A stretch of 64,000 nucleotides of DNA from Octopus sinensis (taxonomy: Eukaryota). The stretch is taken from assembly GCF_006345805.1 (NCBI RefSeq), contig NC_042997.1, positions 102,238,001 through 102,302,000 on the forward strand, given 5' to 3'. A model generated the notes under the pieces. The model saw only the letters and a program-made list of their open reading frames with translations, did not search any database and was not told where the DNA came from. The stretch's first letter is position 1. Each line of letters begins with the position of its first letter. Below are positions 38,952 through 51,295 of this stretch, piece by piece. The position numbers and the translations under genes were made by a program.

Positions 38952-41614
38952 CTGAAAGCAAAATAAAATTCAATTAAGAAGTTTGAAATAAATCTTTTTC
39001 AGATTAAGTTTACATATAAAATACGTTTTGTTAAGAAAAAAGGAAGAAAGAAGGAAAACACCTATAAACATGTGATTTCAATTTCCAGAAAGCTGAAAAA
39101 ATGAAGAACCCAAATTCCTTCTAAACATTGTGCCCACAAATTGTCCACTTGAATTTCTCATCTGAAATTCCAGTGATATAACTAGGAAAAAAGTAGGAGA
39201 TAAAAATTTTGAAATTTAAAAAGTACTTTTAACCTTTATTTAAATTCAGCAAAAAAGAATCAAGATGTCCACAATACTGAATCTGTTCAGAGATGGCAGG
39301 CAATATTACTAGGCATGGCTCTATGGTTAAGAAGTTCACTTCGCAATAATTTTTTTGTCTTGGATTTAATCCTAGTATGCAGCGCTTTCATCAAGTGAAT
39401 TCTATCATAGACACAGGTTGCCAACACCATGCAAGAAGAATGAGGTGGATGGAATCACCGCAGAAGTCGCGCGCGCGTGTCTATATCAGAAAGAGTACAA
39501 ACATCAGTTACGAAACAATAAAAAGGTACATTATAAATCCCTTGAGATATTTGTTCTACACCAAGTTAGAGACACTCCTGTATCTCTCCTGCCATAAGAA
39601 ATGCAGTGAAACAGTGATAAGACCATGGGAAACTTGTGCACAAACTACTAAATAAAAATAAATCAAAGTAACTATATAATACTCCTATGCATTAGTAGTT
39701 AATTGAAGTAAAATGATATCTTTTTATTCTTGTAAGATAACTCGAAATGTAGAACCATCTAAAATATTTTTTGATGCAAAAATACTAGAGAAATACCACA
39801 GAAAGACAAAATGGAATAGGTAGGACAAGAGGAGACGAGAGGTAGAAAGTCGCTGATGAGGTCACAAAATGTGTGATGTAAGAACTCTGACAAATAATAA
39901 TAATGATGAAATCAAATAAATATTGCATGTGTTTAACTGGCAAAAGATGACCATCCCAAGTATAACAATGTTTTCTACATCCTTTACAGACAAAAAATAA
40001 ACTATAGTTCACTTCTTTTTGTTCAACTGTCCAACCCGTACCAGCTAGGAAAACAGGACATTAAATGATGATGATATATGCATACAGGTACATGTGTGTG
40101 TGTGTGTGTGTGGTATATATGCCTTTGCTACTCAACTTTTATACAGTTTCTATACATGAGAAAAATCTTAAGTTTAAATCAATCTCAGATCTTTTGATTC
40201 CTTTGGGGAAAATTCTCACTAATGTTCAATACAGTACTTCCAGAATTGAAAATTTTGTCTATAACTCATTGACTTTTTATATTTGATATTTAACTGATAA
40301 AAACCCAAGATTTCAGATTTCTTTTGCAGCACAGAAAATATTTTTTTAAAAAAGTCAGGGAAAGAAATGCCAGAAAAATTATGTTTAATTAATGTTTATC
40401 AATTACAATGAATCTTAATCATGATATAACCCTTTTATTACTATATTTCTGTTGACATACATTGCTTTTGTTTTAAATAATTTTGAAAATGAAGAGTTTA
40501 GTAAAATAACTTTGCTATTATTAAGCTGGTGTTCTGAGCAAAAATTCATAAATTTACAAGCAATTTTAATGGAAAATTATAATGTAGCAATATTGTTATG
40601 CTCACTGTTTGAGAAAAACATTAGGAATGATCTCATTTGAGATTACAACCATCTTTGGCTAGTTTAACCCTAATGTGTGCACTGATCTGATTGGTTAGCA
40701 TTTAGCACGGTTTGTTTCTCTACTTATTTCACGCCAGTGTGTAAACTGACCAATCACGGCTTTCGAATAGGATCTTTCAATTGAGTCATATACACTCTTT
40801 AAATAAGCTAGTATTTCTACAATTCATCGTCTTTCGGCTCAAGACCTTCTAAGGTCTAGTCGGAGACCACAGAGCTTACTCAACCATGTTCCAGTTCGAA
40901 AGACAGATGACAGCCAGCCAACCATACTATGAAGACGCTACTGTATACAAGCGACAGACAGAACGTCATCATCAATGTCATCCACTAGCGCGGTCTGTTT
41001 GAGGAACAGACCGCGCTAGATGCTAACCAATCAGATTAGCATCTAGCACGGTCTGTCTCTCAAACAATAGAACAGCTTGTCATTCTTCATTCATTTCCTT
41101 TGGCACTGTATAATATATTCATGTATTATGGCTTTCTCATATTATTAATTTGTTTGGGATACGGCCATGCGGCATACAAGAGGAGACCTTGTCACCAACC
41201 TCCTTACGTAGTATAAATTCCTACAATAATTTAAATCACTTTAAAATGGGGAATTTGTATCACAGAACCATGAGCAGTTTCAGGCAGTATGATATCAAAA
41301 AGATTTTTTTAAAAAAAGACAGAAAAAAAAGAAAAAACAATAGTAACCTAAATGAAAGATGAAAAAATAGTCAAAGCCAACTCAGTCTGATATAAGATAT
41401 GTACTTGAATACTTCCTGACACAGTTTTACCTACAGTAAAACTTGTAGCATTATAAGTCTTATTACAGAATGAAACCATACCAACAAATTTATTTCACAT
41501 CAAACTGACCCACAAAGAACTTCATTCATTAGAAACAGGTCTGTATAAATAACACCCTATCTACCTACACACTACTCTATATTTAGTTTTAATCAGCTGA
41601 CATATGTATGTATG

Positions 41615-41649
<35 letters not shown>

Positions 41650-41652
<3 letters not shown>

Positions 41653-41995
41653 CATCATCATCATCATCATTTAACATCCATTGTCCATGCTTGGCATGGG
41701 TTGGACAGTTTAACTGGGCTGGTATGCTTGAAGGCTGCACCAAACTCCAGTCTGATTTGGCATGGTTTTCTATGGTTGAATGCCCTTCCTTAATGTCAGC
41801 CACTCAGGGTGTAATGGGTGCTTTTATATGCCACCGGGTGCATGTATGTGCCACCAGCACAAGTACCAATCTTTGTGACACTGGTATCTGCCACAACTGC
41901 AATTTTGCTCAGCTTGATGGGTCTTTTTCTCAAGCATGACATAATGCCAAAGGTCTAGGTTATTGCCTCTGCAAGGCCCAACACTCAAAAGGAAC
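41650..41995 (-). mobile_element. RTE 3'-UTR fragment with (CAT)n tail in p38 intron 5
   Basis: Reverse complement matches 30250-30575. The same tail motif (GGTTGGCRTTAGGAAGGGCATC) also appears in shorter pieces near 18420-18530, 32870-33055, 37075-37235, 53370-53515, 60035-60220 and 61010-61150. Confidence 0.8.
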
Positions 41996-42014
41996 TCAAC
42001 CACTTTGTTTCCAT

Positions 42015-42046
<32 letters not shown>

Positions 42047-42314
42047 TATAAATTTAAAATAAGGGTGAAAAATTGAATATTAATTTGATTAATTTAAAAC
42101 CAGTTGTCTAGCATATAGAAAAATCTGAAGAATCAGAAAAATTATATTACATATATAAGTGATATGACCACTAAGTGGACATCCATTATGCTAGAAGTCG
42201 ACCCTCTATGGTCTTACCACTAAGAAAGGAATGTTCTCAAGAAAATTTAGCAAACGCCAGTTCTAGCATAATGGATGTCCACTTGGTAGTCATCCCTTTT
42301 ATATGTTTGTGTGC

Positions 42315-42370
<56 letters not shown>

Positions 42371-43087
42371 ATACACACATTACACACATACATAAAAATA
42401 AAAAAATATGGTGGTACTGGAAGAGTACCAGCTTTACAAGAGATAGAAGTCAAATGACTTCAGAAGCCACAAATAGCTTACCTTATGAACAAGCATGACA
42501 AAAATCGAGCAAGGAATAAAAATTAGGCTCCTACCTTTAGAAGAAATAGCAGTTAGCTTAAAACCAGTTTTAGGTTCTGAATTAAACATTCTTCTACATC
42601 TGGCAAAGCTGGTACTCTTCCAGTACCATTATATTTTTTAAAACTTGCCTGCACAGTTCATGCTTTGAATAGTCACTAATATTATTAATTCTATTATTAA
42701 TAATATACTAGTATACTTATTTATAAATTATTCACTTAGTTCGTCTATGTATGTGCCTTGGGAGATCAAATGAACAAGCAAGAATGGTGAGGGGAGTATG
42801 TTTAAATTTGACTTCTCTTGCAGTAAGCTTAACTGAAGATGGGTTAAGAATATTTAATACAGAATCCAAAACTGGTATTAAGCTATCTGCAATTTCATCT
42901 GCAACCTGTGCAAAGATAGGAACCTAATTTTTATTCCTTGCCCAATTTTCACCATGTTTGTTCATAAAGTGAGCTATTTGTGACTTCCAAACTCATTTGA
43001 CTTCTATCTCTAGTAAAGCTGCTACTCTTCCAGTATCATATTTTAATTTGCCTGCACAGTTCAATTCTATTATTAATAATAAAATTG

Positions 43088-43131
<44 letters not shown>

Positions 43132-43402
43132 AAAGATGTTTACAGACTAACATTTAATGAATGTAAAGAATATTGTTTTCAATGAGCAATAATCATACCA
43201 AAAGAAACCACGTTATGTATAGTAATGCCTTTATGTAAATTTAGTGAACAGGAAAAAAAATCAAAAAAGAAATTGGATAATTGAAAAAAGTTGGTAAATT
43301 ATTTAAATATTGAAACATTTTCTTCATAAAAAGTTATATATATAAAGAACATTTAAATAGAATTTTAGAAAGTTAAAAATAGGAAATTAAAAATATGCTC
43401 AC

Positions 43403-43432
43403 CCTATGAGTTATTTCAGCTGAATGTACATA
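43403..43432 (-). CDS. MAPK14: p38 MAPK exon 5 (30-bp micro-exon): YVHSAEITHR
   Basis: Supplies the HR of the HRD catalytic loop. Acceptor tttttcag| and donor AGG|gtgagc; phase 0-0. Confidence 0.9.
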
Positions 43433-44470
43433 CTGAAAAATGAAGATGAAATATATAAAATAGTAATATATTTACAAACTATGTGACAATTAAGATTTAC
43501 ATTTTAATTGCATAAAAGTAGACTTTTTCATTAACTCAACTGCCTTTTGCTGCTCTAAACAAGCAGAATCTGTAAAACATACTTTAAACCTATAGGTTTA
43601 AATTTCATCCTATTTATGTAATAGGATGAAATTTTTGAAAATATATATATTTTTTTTTAATTCTGTATATTGTTCCAAATACTAATTTGTCAAGACATTC
43701 ATATCCAGGCTGATGATGGAATGAAAGCGATATGGTGTGCTTAAGAGCAGAATGTCAACATCATTAGTTACAAATTTTAAACACTCTATAGGCAAAGACA
43801 CAGTTCTGAAGTAAAAAGCTTATTTCCCAACAACATGGTTTCAAGTTCAGTGTTACTGTTATGACATCTTGGCAAGTGTTCTCTATAACAGTCCCGGAAC
43901 TCACAAGGCTTTGTGAGTGGATTTTGTTGAAAAACTGAAAGAAGCCATGCATGCATGCATGGCTTTTTAAAACTTGCATGCATACATGCATGAAAGAATG
44001 AACATGCATGTATGTATGTATATATGTGTGTATGTATACATATATTTTGTGGATTTTACTACTTTCTTGTGTTGACATTACAAGATAGTTGAAAACAAGT
44101 GTTACTGTCATGCAAGCTGTATCCTTCATTTCCTATCTTCCATAAAAGCATGTTTGGCCACAGGGAAATATTACTTTATGTGAAAACAAGGGAGGGTTGG
44201 CATCTGACTGTAAAAAATTTGCCTCCACAAAATCCATCTGATCCATGCACATATAGAAAAGTGAATATATATTTATTTATTGCCCACAGGGGGTTAACAG
44301 AGGAGACAAACAAGGACAAAGGGATTAAGTCGATTACATCGACCCCAGTGCGTAACTGGTACTTATTTAATCGACCCCAAAAGGCTAACGATTCTGCCAG
44401 CTCGCTGCCCTTGGAAAAGATGATGATATCATTCCGTTCTTTAATCCACAACAAAAGATCTTCGCTTTAA

Positions 44471-44651
44471 CCCTTTATCATTCAGATTACACTGTCAAAT
44501 GTAATCCTTATTTATTCCCATTATTTTAAATTAATCATGCATTATCTTGTAGCTTCAGGATTTTGATGTGATAGTTTATTTTTAGAATGCCATTGTAGGC
44601 TGTGAAAGGTTGGATCTGGGGCTGGATATAGCTGGTTTAAATACTAAAGGG
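44471..44651. mobile_element. piggyBac-like MITE (TTAA|CCCTTTA...TAAAGGG|TTGA)
   Basis: Short TIRs CCCTTTA/TAAAGGG with TTAA on the left and a degraded TTGA on the right. A related copy lies at about 26255-26480. Confidence 0.7.
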
Positions 44652-47600
44652 TTGATTAATTCAACTCTTAAGTGCTAACAGCATTGGAATTGATATTTTC
44701 CTGCTAAATGCAAACACACCATTCTATCTATTAACAAGGCACTATTAATACAATAGGATGAAAGAAGACAGATTTGCACTATTTATTCAGTATTTCAAAT
44801 TTATCTCTCTGGGACCAATAAAACATATGCTATTAATATCATCATTATCATCATCATTGTTCTAATGTCCACTTTTCTATACTTGCATGGATTGGATGGA
44901 ATTTGAGCTAGACTTTCTATAGTCAGCTGCTCTTCCTATCACAAATCCTCACTTGTTTCCAAATGAGGAAATATTGGATCTTTTCTATTCTGAAGCCAGT
45001 TTTTTCAAATTTTTCCTACTGAACCAAACAATTTGAAACTTCGTATACTGGTAGAATGTGTCAAAAGTAAACTTAATTGTAAACCAGAATGAAAACGGAA
45101 TTGTAGCTTCTAAGTTCAACGTTGTTTAATAATTAGAATTTTAACCAATGATATTCCGTCATTCGGCTTTATTTTATTTACTCCGTCTCGACCACCAATT
45201 TCGTGACGTATTAAACATCTTAAATGTAAACAAGCTATATTCAGCCACCTTCTAATAACAAAAGTTTGTCTTTGAAGTTACCATCTAGGGGAAGCATTGA
45301 TGTACATGTGTGTGTGTGTGTGTTTGATGGGGTGTGGGAGACAGTATGTTGTGTAAGTGAAGTGCTTCTGTTAGTGTGTGTGAAGAGACAGAGAGAGTAA
45401 TGTGTGAAAGAGAGAGATAACTGAAATTTTTTACTCGGTGTATGTGTATATGCCTGAATGTATGTGTGTATGTATCTGTGTATGTGTATGTATGTATGTA
45501 TGTATGGCCGATTCAATGTAATTTTTTACACATACTTACACACACACACATACATACACACACACATGCAGACATACATATACACATACACCGAGTAAAA
45601 AATTATATGTATATATATATATATATATTAATTTATAAAAATATGGTAAAGTAAAAAAATTACTTAACCACACACCGAGCTTTTTAGAAATAGCAGCCAA
45701 AAATTTCTCAACTGCAAGAAAAAGTCTCCCAGACAATGCATACTCAGAAATAATTCACATACGTATAAGAGAAAAACAACGAAAAATCACATGGATTCTC
45801 CGATATATGTTATAAAAATATGGATTCTCCGATATAATTTATAAAAATATGGTAAAGTAAAAAAATTACTTTACCACACACAAAGCTTTTTAGAAATAGC
45901 AGACGTCACAAAACTGCTTTCAACGTCACACTAACAGATCGCAGTAACGTTTTAGATATGAAAACAAGCAATCTCATTGGTTAAAATTCGCAGTTTTAAT
46001 CTACGATTAAAGTCATAAAATAGATTTTTCTCAAATAACTAGTTCCAACTGGCGAATAAACTAGTTCCACTCTATGAGTACACAAAGTTTCAAATTATTT
46101 AGTTAACTAGAAAGATCTGGGGTCCTGGCCACAAATTTGAAAAGATCCGAAATATTTCCTCATAGCTAGGTATGTTTTCATGGAAGATTGGAAATTAAAG
46201 ACACTCTTTTGTATGGCAGTGATGCTCATTTACAACCATCAAAAGATATCAGAATAAGGAGATACTTCCATATAAACACATACAGACATACATGCATATA
46301 CAAACAGACATAGACATATATACATATACATACACACACACACATAGATACATACACATACATATATACATACACACACATACATATATACATACACACA
46401 CATACATATATACATACAAACACTGATAAATATATATATACACACACATCTATATACACACAGACACATTATGTAGACAGGCTTCTTTCAATTTCTATCT
46501 ACTAAATCCACTCACAAAGTTTTTGGTTAGAATGGGGCTATAGAAGATGCTCACCCAAAGCACCATACAGTGGGACTGAACCTGAAACTATGTGGTTGAA
46601 AACAAACTTCTTAACCATATAGCCATGCCTATGCCTATAATGTATAGGAGTCATTATCTTACAAATTTAACAGAAAAGACCTGTACAAACATAGGAAAAG
46701 TGACTGAAATGATGACAGTATTTATTTCTATTCAGAAACTTCCACTTAGAAACTGCCTTAAGAAATAGTGTTTAATACGAAAACTATATTTATAAAGAAT
46801 CAAAAGCAAATAAAAAAACCTCCCAACTACAGAAAATGAAATATTTCTTCGTAAAACTATAAAAAATTTCTTGACTATGAGCAAGCAATTTCACTGTTCT
46901 CCTATCACCATTTAAGTCAACTTCTTAGCCATACTAGTATAGATTCAACAGACATACAAAACAACAATTCAGTACACTGTCATCTTATATGAAAGTCCCA
47001 ATCATTCTGAAGTTCACATTAACTACCACTTCAAAAAACATGTTTTTAATAGCCTACTTCCCCATAATAGTCCATCTACCACCCTCAAGGTATTCTCTAC
47101 ATTATTTATTTATGCTATTTTATATCTTCATCATCAATGGTTGAAAGGTTCAGCTAAAATTAGGATAGTCACAAATAAATTGCCAGAGCAGGCAATTTTA
47201 CAATTGGCTGCTCTTCCTAATGATTAAACTACAGAGAAAGGATCATTCACATCTAGATCTGTCTGCTCTAATTGATATGAATAAATATTCTATATTTGAA
47301 CTTGTAAACAACTAACATGCTTTCTATAGATATGCAAATGTAAAAGCAGAGAGGTTGAGGTGCTGAACCACTGAAGACAGTAATTGCCATCTGATCAGAG
47401 CAACACATATTGCTCTATTTTTCTCAGTTAATCAGTTAAGAAAATACCACTTTCATGTTGAGGTTAAGTATCCTGACTTAATTTTTTATTACTTTCTCCT
47501 TCAGTGTGTTAAGACATCTTAGCTGATAGCAGTCAATTCAACAGCTTTCTACATCTCAACAAAGTCTCTATTTAGTTGCCCAACCATGTGTGTGTGTGTG

Positions 47601-47884
47601 TGTGTGTGTGGGCATATACACATGCACACACAGAATTGAACCATATAAATTTACTACTCTACACTTGAATTTTCTGTGAAAGATACCAGGCATTCATTGT
47701 TACACTTACAACTCCTATGTGCTCTCATTTTGAGTCTCTTAATTCACTCTTTCCCTGTCTGCTACTCTAGTGGAGCATGACAGGTAGACATATCTTTCTG
47801 CTCACTGTCATTTTACTTCTATTGTCACCTATTATTTGTCCCTTGACAACTTCCTCCTCCTCCTCCTACATTTATCTCACTACC

Positions 47885-48079
47885 ACAACAGCAAATATAT
47901 CCACACAGGAGTGGCTGTGTTGTTAAGAAGTCTGCTACCCAACCACATGGTTTCAGGTTCAGTCTTACTGCAGGACACAGTGAAATGTCTTCTATAGCCC
48001 CTGGCTGGAAACTGAAAGAAGCCCAGATATATATATATATATTATATATATATATATATGTGTGTGTGTGCATGTATAT

Positions 48080-48130
<51 letters not shown>

Positions 48131-48176
48131 CACACACACATGTTTATATACACGCACACACACACATATATATATG

Positions 48177-48217
<41 letters not shown>

Positions 48218-48357
48218 GGGCTTCTTTCAGTTTCCAGCCAGGGGCTATAGAAGACATTTCACTGTGTCCTGCAGTAAGACTGAACCTGAAACCATGTGGT
48301 TGGGTAGCAGACTTCTTAACAACACAGCCACTCCTGTGTGGATATATTTGCTGTTGT
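47885..48357. repeat. 473-bp palindrome with perfect 158-bp arms (142 bp non-microsatellite) in p38 intron 4
   Basis: 47885-48042 is the exact reverse complement of 48200-48357, checked base by base. The spacer is itself quasi-palindromic microsatellite. Confidence 0.95.
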
Positions 48358-48361
48358 TCAC

Positions 48362-48770
48362 TATGACAGTACATATTCTTTTACTTGTTTCAGTCATTAG
48401 ACTGCATCCATGCTGGAGCACCGCCTTGAATTTTTTAGTCAAATGAATCAACCCCAGTACTATTTTTTTAAAGACTGACACTTATTCTATTGGTCTTTTT
48501 TGCTGAATTGCTAAGTTACGGAGACATAAACACACCAACACCAGTTGTCAAGTGGTGATGGGGGAACAAACACAGACACAAAGATATATATATATATATA
48601 TACATATATACGACAGGCTTCTTTCAGTTACCAAATCCACTCACAAGGCTTTGGTCGGCTTGAGGCTATAGTAGAAGATACTTGCCCAAGGTGCCATGTA
48701 GTGGGACTGAACCTGGAACCATGTAGTTGGGAAGCAAGCTTCTTACCACACAGCTATACCTTTGTGTAAA
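48362..48770 (-). mobile_element. SINE family A, near full length
   Basis: tRNA-like head at about 48700-48760, central GGCAAGT motif, internal (TA)n and 3' GCTCCAGCATGG motif. Confidence 0.8.
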
Positions 48771-50939
48771 ATGTGTGTGTGGTGGGTGGATGGGTGGGTG
48801 TGCTTGTGACTCCTTGTTTTGAAATCACATGATAATTGTAAATGTGTGTCATCATACAAACAGTATTATTCATTTTTAATATTCTGTGAAAACCTGTCTG
48901 GCCAAGGGTAACATTTTTTACCTAACTTGAAAACAAGTGAGAGTTGGCAACAGGAAGGCCATCTGGCTTTTAAAATCTGCCTCAAAAAACTCCATCCAAC
49001 ACATGCAGCTATGGAAAACTAGGTACTATCATGATGAAAATTTTAGACGCTAATCTTCCAATTATTTTAAAGCAACCAATTCTATAAAAGTTATTATGAA
49101 CAGATATCTCCACATTTTTATAGTACTGATTTAATTATACGCGTTCCCTCTCACCATCCTTATTTGTATATGAAATTCTCAAAGAACATGTCCTACAGGA
49201 ACGTTTATATTCATTTACAGTAACAGTAGTTAACTGCATGGAAAATGTCAATCATTCTGCATTAACTTTACATTCTGAGTCAAGTAAAGACTCCATCTTA
49301 ATGCAAGGGAAAATGTGTCCCCATTATAGAAATTTATATAGCTTTTAACAACAAAATCAACCTTGAAATGGTTCAGTTAAAATTCCTATATAAATTTTAA
49401 AACTAGTACATCTTTATCTTTATATAAATCTTACATTTCATTTCTTACTCCTGCTGAGTTTCCAATCTACTATAATAGAACTTGTGTTTTTCTCCTCATA
49501 ACATATGAATGAGAAAGGAAGGGATGATAGATGAATAAGGAAGGAAGGAGTGAAAAACAAAAATCAACTTTTCAACTCTGTGTGAGTATGTGTGTGTATG
49601 TAAAAAGGGAGGTGTGTGTGTGTGTGTGCACGCGTGCATGCAATTTAAGTGGGATGGTGAATATTCAATGCGGAAAAAAAAATCAAACCGCATTTCAACT
49701 GTGTGAGTACATGTGTGTATGTGTGTGCATGTACATGAGAAGTATGTGAATGTGTGACCAGCATTCTTTCAGTGACAAATAATGATTGATGTCACATCTC
49801 AAAATACAATCACTAGATAACATCGAGAAGTGTATTAATTTGAATTACCATCCATTTTCTAAAATTCTATCTTGTGTTACAAATAATTATTACAATCACA
49901 CACATCTACAAAAACATATACTAACTCTTTGGAGAAAATAATTATTGCCTGAGTGTATCAAGAATATAAAATGACTGCAGTTGAAAAGTATATTATAAAT
50001 ACACATTTAACAGCTCATACATGTGCCTAATTTATTTATATTAAGAAATTTATGTAATGAATTTTGAATAGGGAGTTTTTATAGCATCAACTATAAGTCA
50101 CGGACTACTTTTTGTGGCTTTAAGTCACATGAGTTTAGGCTGGTTTCAGTATTGGAGAGTGCAACTGAAAGGAAACATTGCTTCAAAAAGTTGGTATTTA
50201 CTTGCCAGCTTCCATATTTAGTCATGGCCAGCTTTATGTGGCTTTACATCATACAAGAAGGAAAACTTTAAAATTCTTTTGAAGGAAACAAGCAGTCAAG
50301 GGATGTGAATTGCAGATAGATTTTTCACAAAAAAAAATTTGGTAATAAAAGAATTATTAAACAAGAAATTTGGTTTTGTACCTTATTTATATATAAAATA
50401 ATACAATTAGCTGTCAATTTTGACAGCACAGAGCCAGCTAGTTCAGTATAATAGCCATTGAGGTAAAGGCCCCCTTTGGTCATGACTGACCATAGGATTG
50501 CACCTAGAAAGTTACCCTCCAAGGCACAAGACCAGGTAAGGTTGTTAATGGAAGACCAGCAGTTGCCCACGCATACCATTCTGCCTTCTCCATGCCACTG
50601 ATCTTATCCAAGAGAAAGACAAAGGTTGATACAGCTTGGCAACAGTGAAATGCAAACTCATTTCTACAGCTGGGTGAACTGGAGTAACATGAAATAAAGT
50701 GTCTTGCTCAAGAATACAACACACAGCTCAGCCTGGGAATCGAACGCACAACCTCATGATTGTGTGCCCAATGCTCCAACCACTGAACCATGAGCCATCA
50801 GTTTTAAAATTTCATTTGCCTACTCATAAAATGCATTTTCCTTAAATCAACCAGTTCCCTTTTCTGTTGTTGCTGTCTGAAGAAAATGCACAAAATAACT
50901 ATTTTGAGGTGTATGTTACATCTCAAAATATTCTCTTAA

Positions 50940-51295
50940 GCACTGATTGCAGTGTGATTAAAAAGCTTGCTTTGCAACTATGTAGTTTTGGATTCAGTCC
51001 CACTGCATGACATGTCAGGCTAGTGTCTTCTGCTATAGCCTCAGGTCAACCAAAGTCCTTGTGAGGGAATTTGGTTTATGAAAGCTATATGAAAGCTCAT
51101 CATATGTGTGTGCCCCCACCACAACTTGACAGATGTGTTGGTTTATATCCCCATAACTTAGCAGTTCAACAGAAGAAACCAACAGAATAAATACTAGATT
51201 TTAAAAATAAGCACTGCAGTTGATCTATTCAACTAAATCCCTTCAAGGCAGTGCCCCAGCATGGCCACAATCCAATAATTGAAAGTGGTAAAAGG
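50940..51295 (+). mobile_element. SINE family A, older copy
   Basis: Degenerate match to the 48.4-kb copy in the opposite orientation. A similar copy lies at about 57345-57670. Confidence 0.7.
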
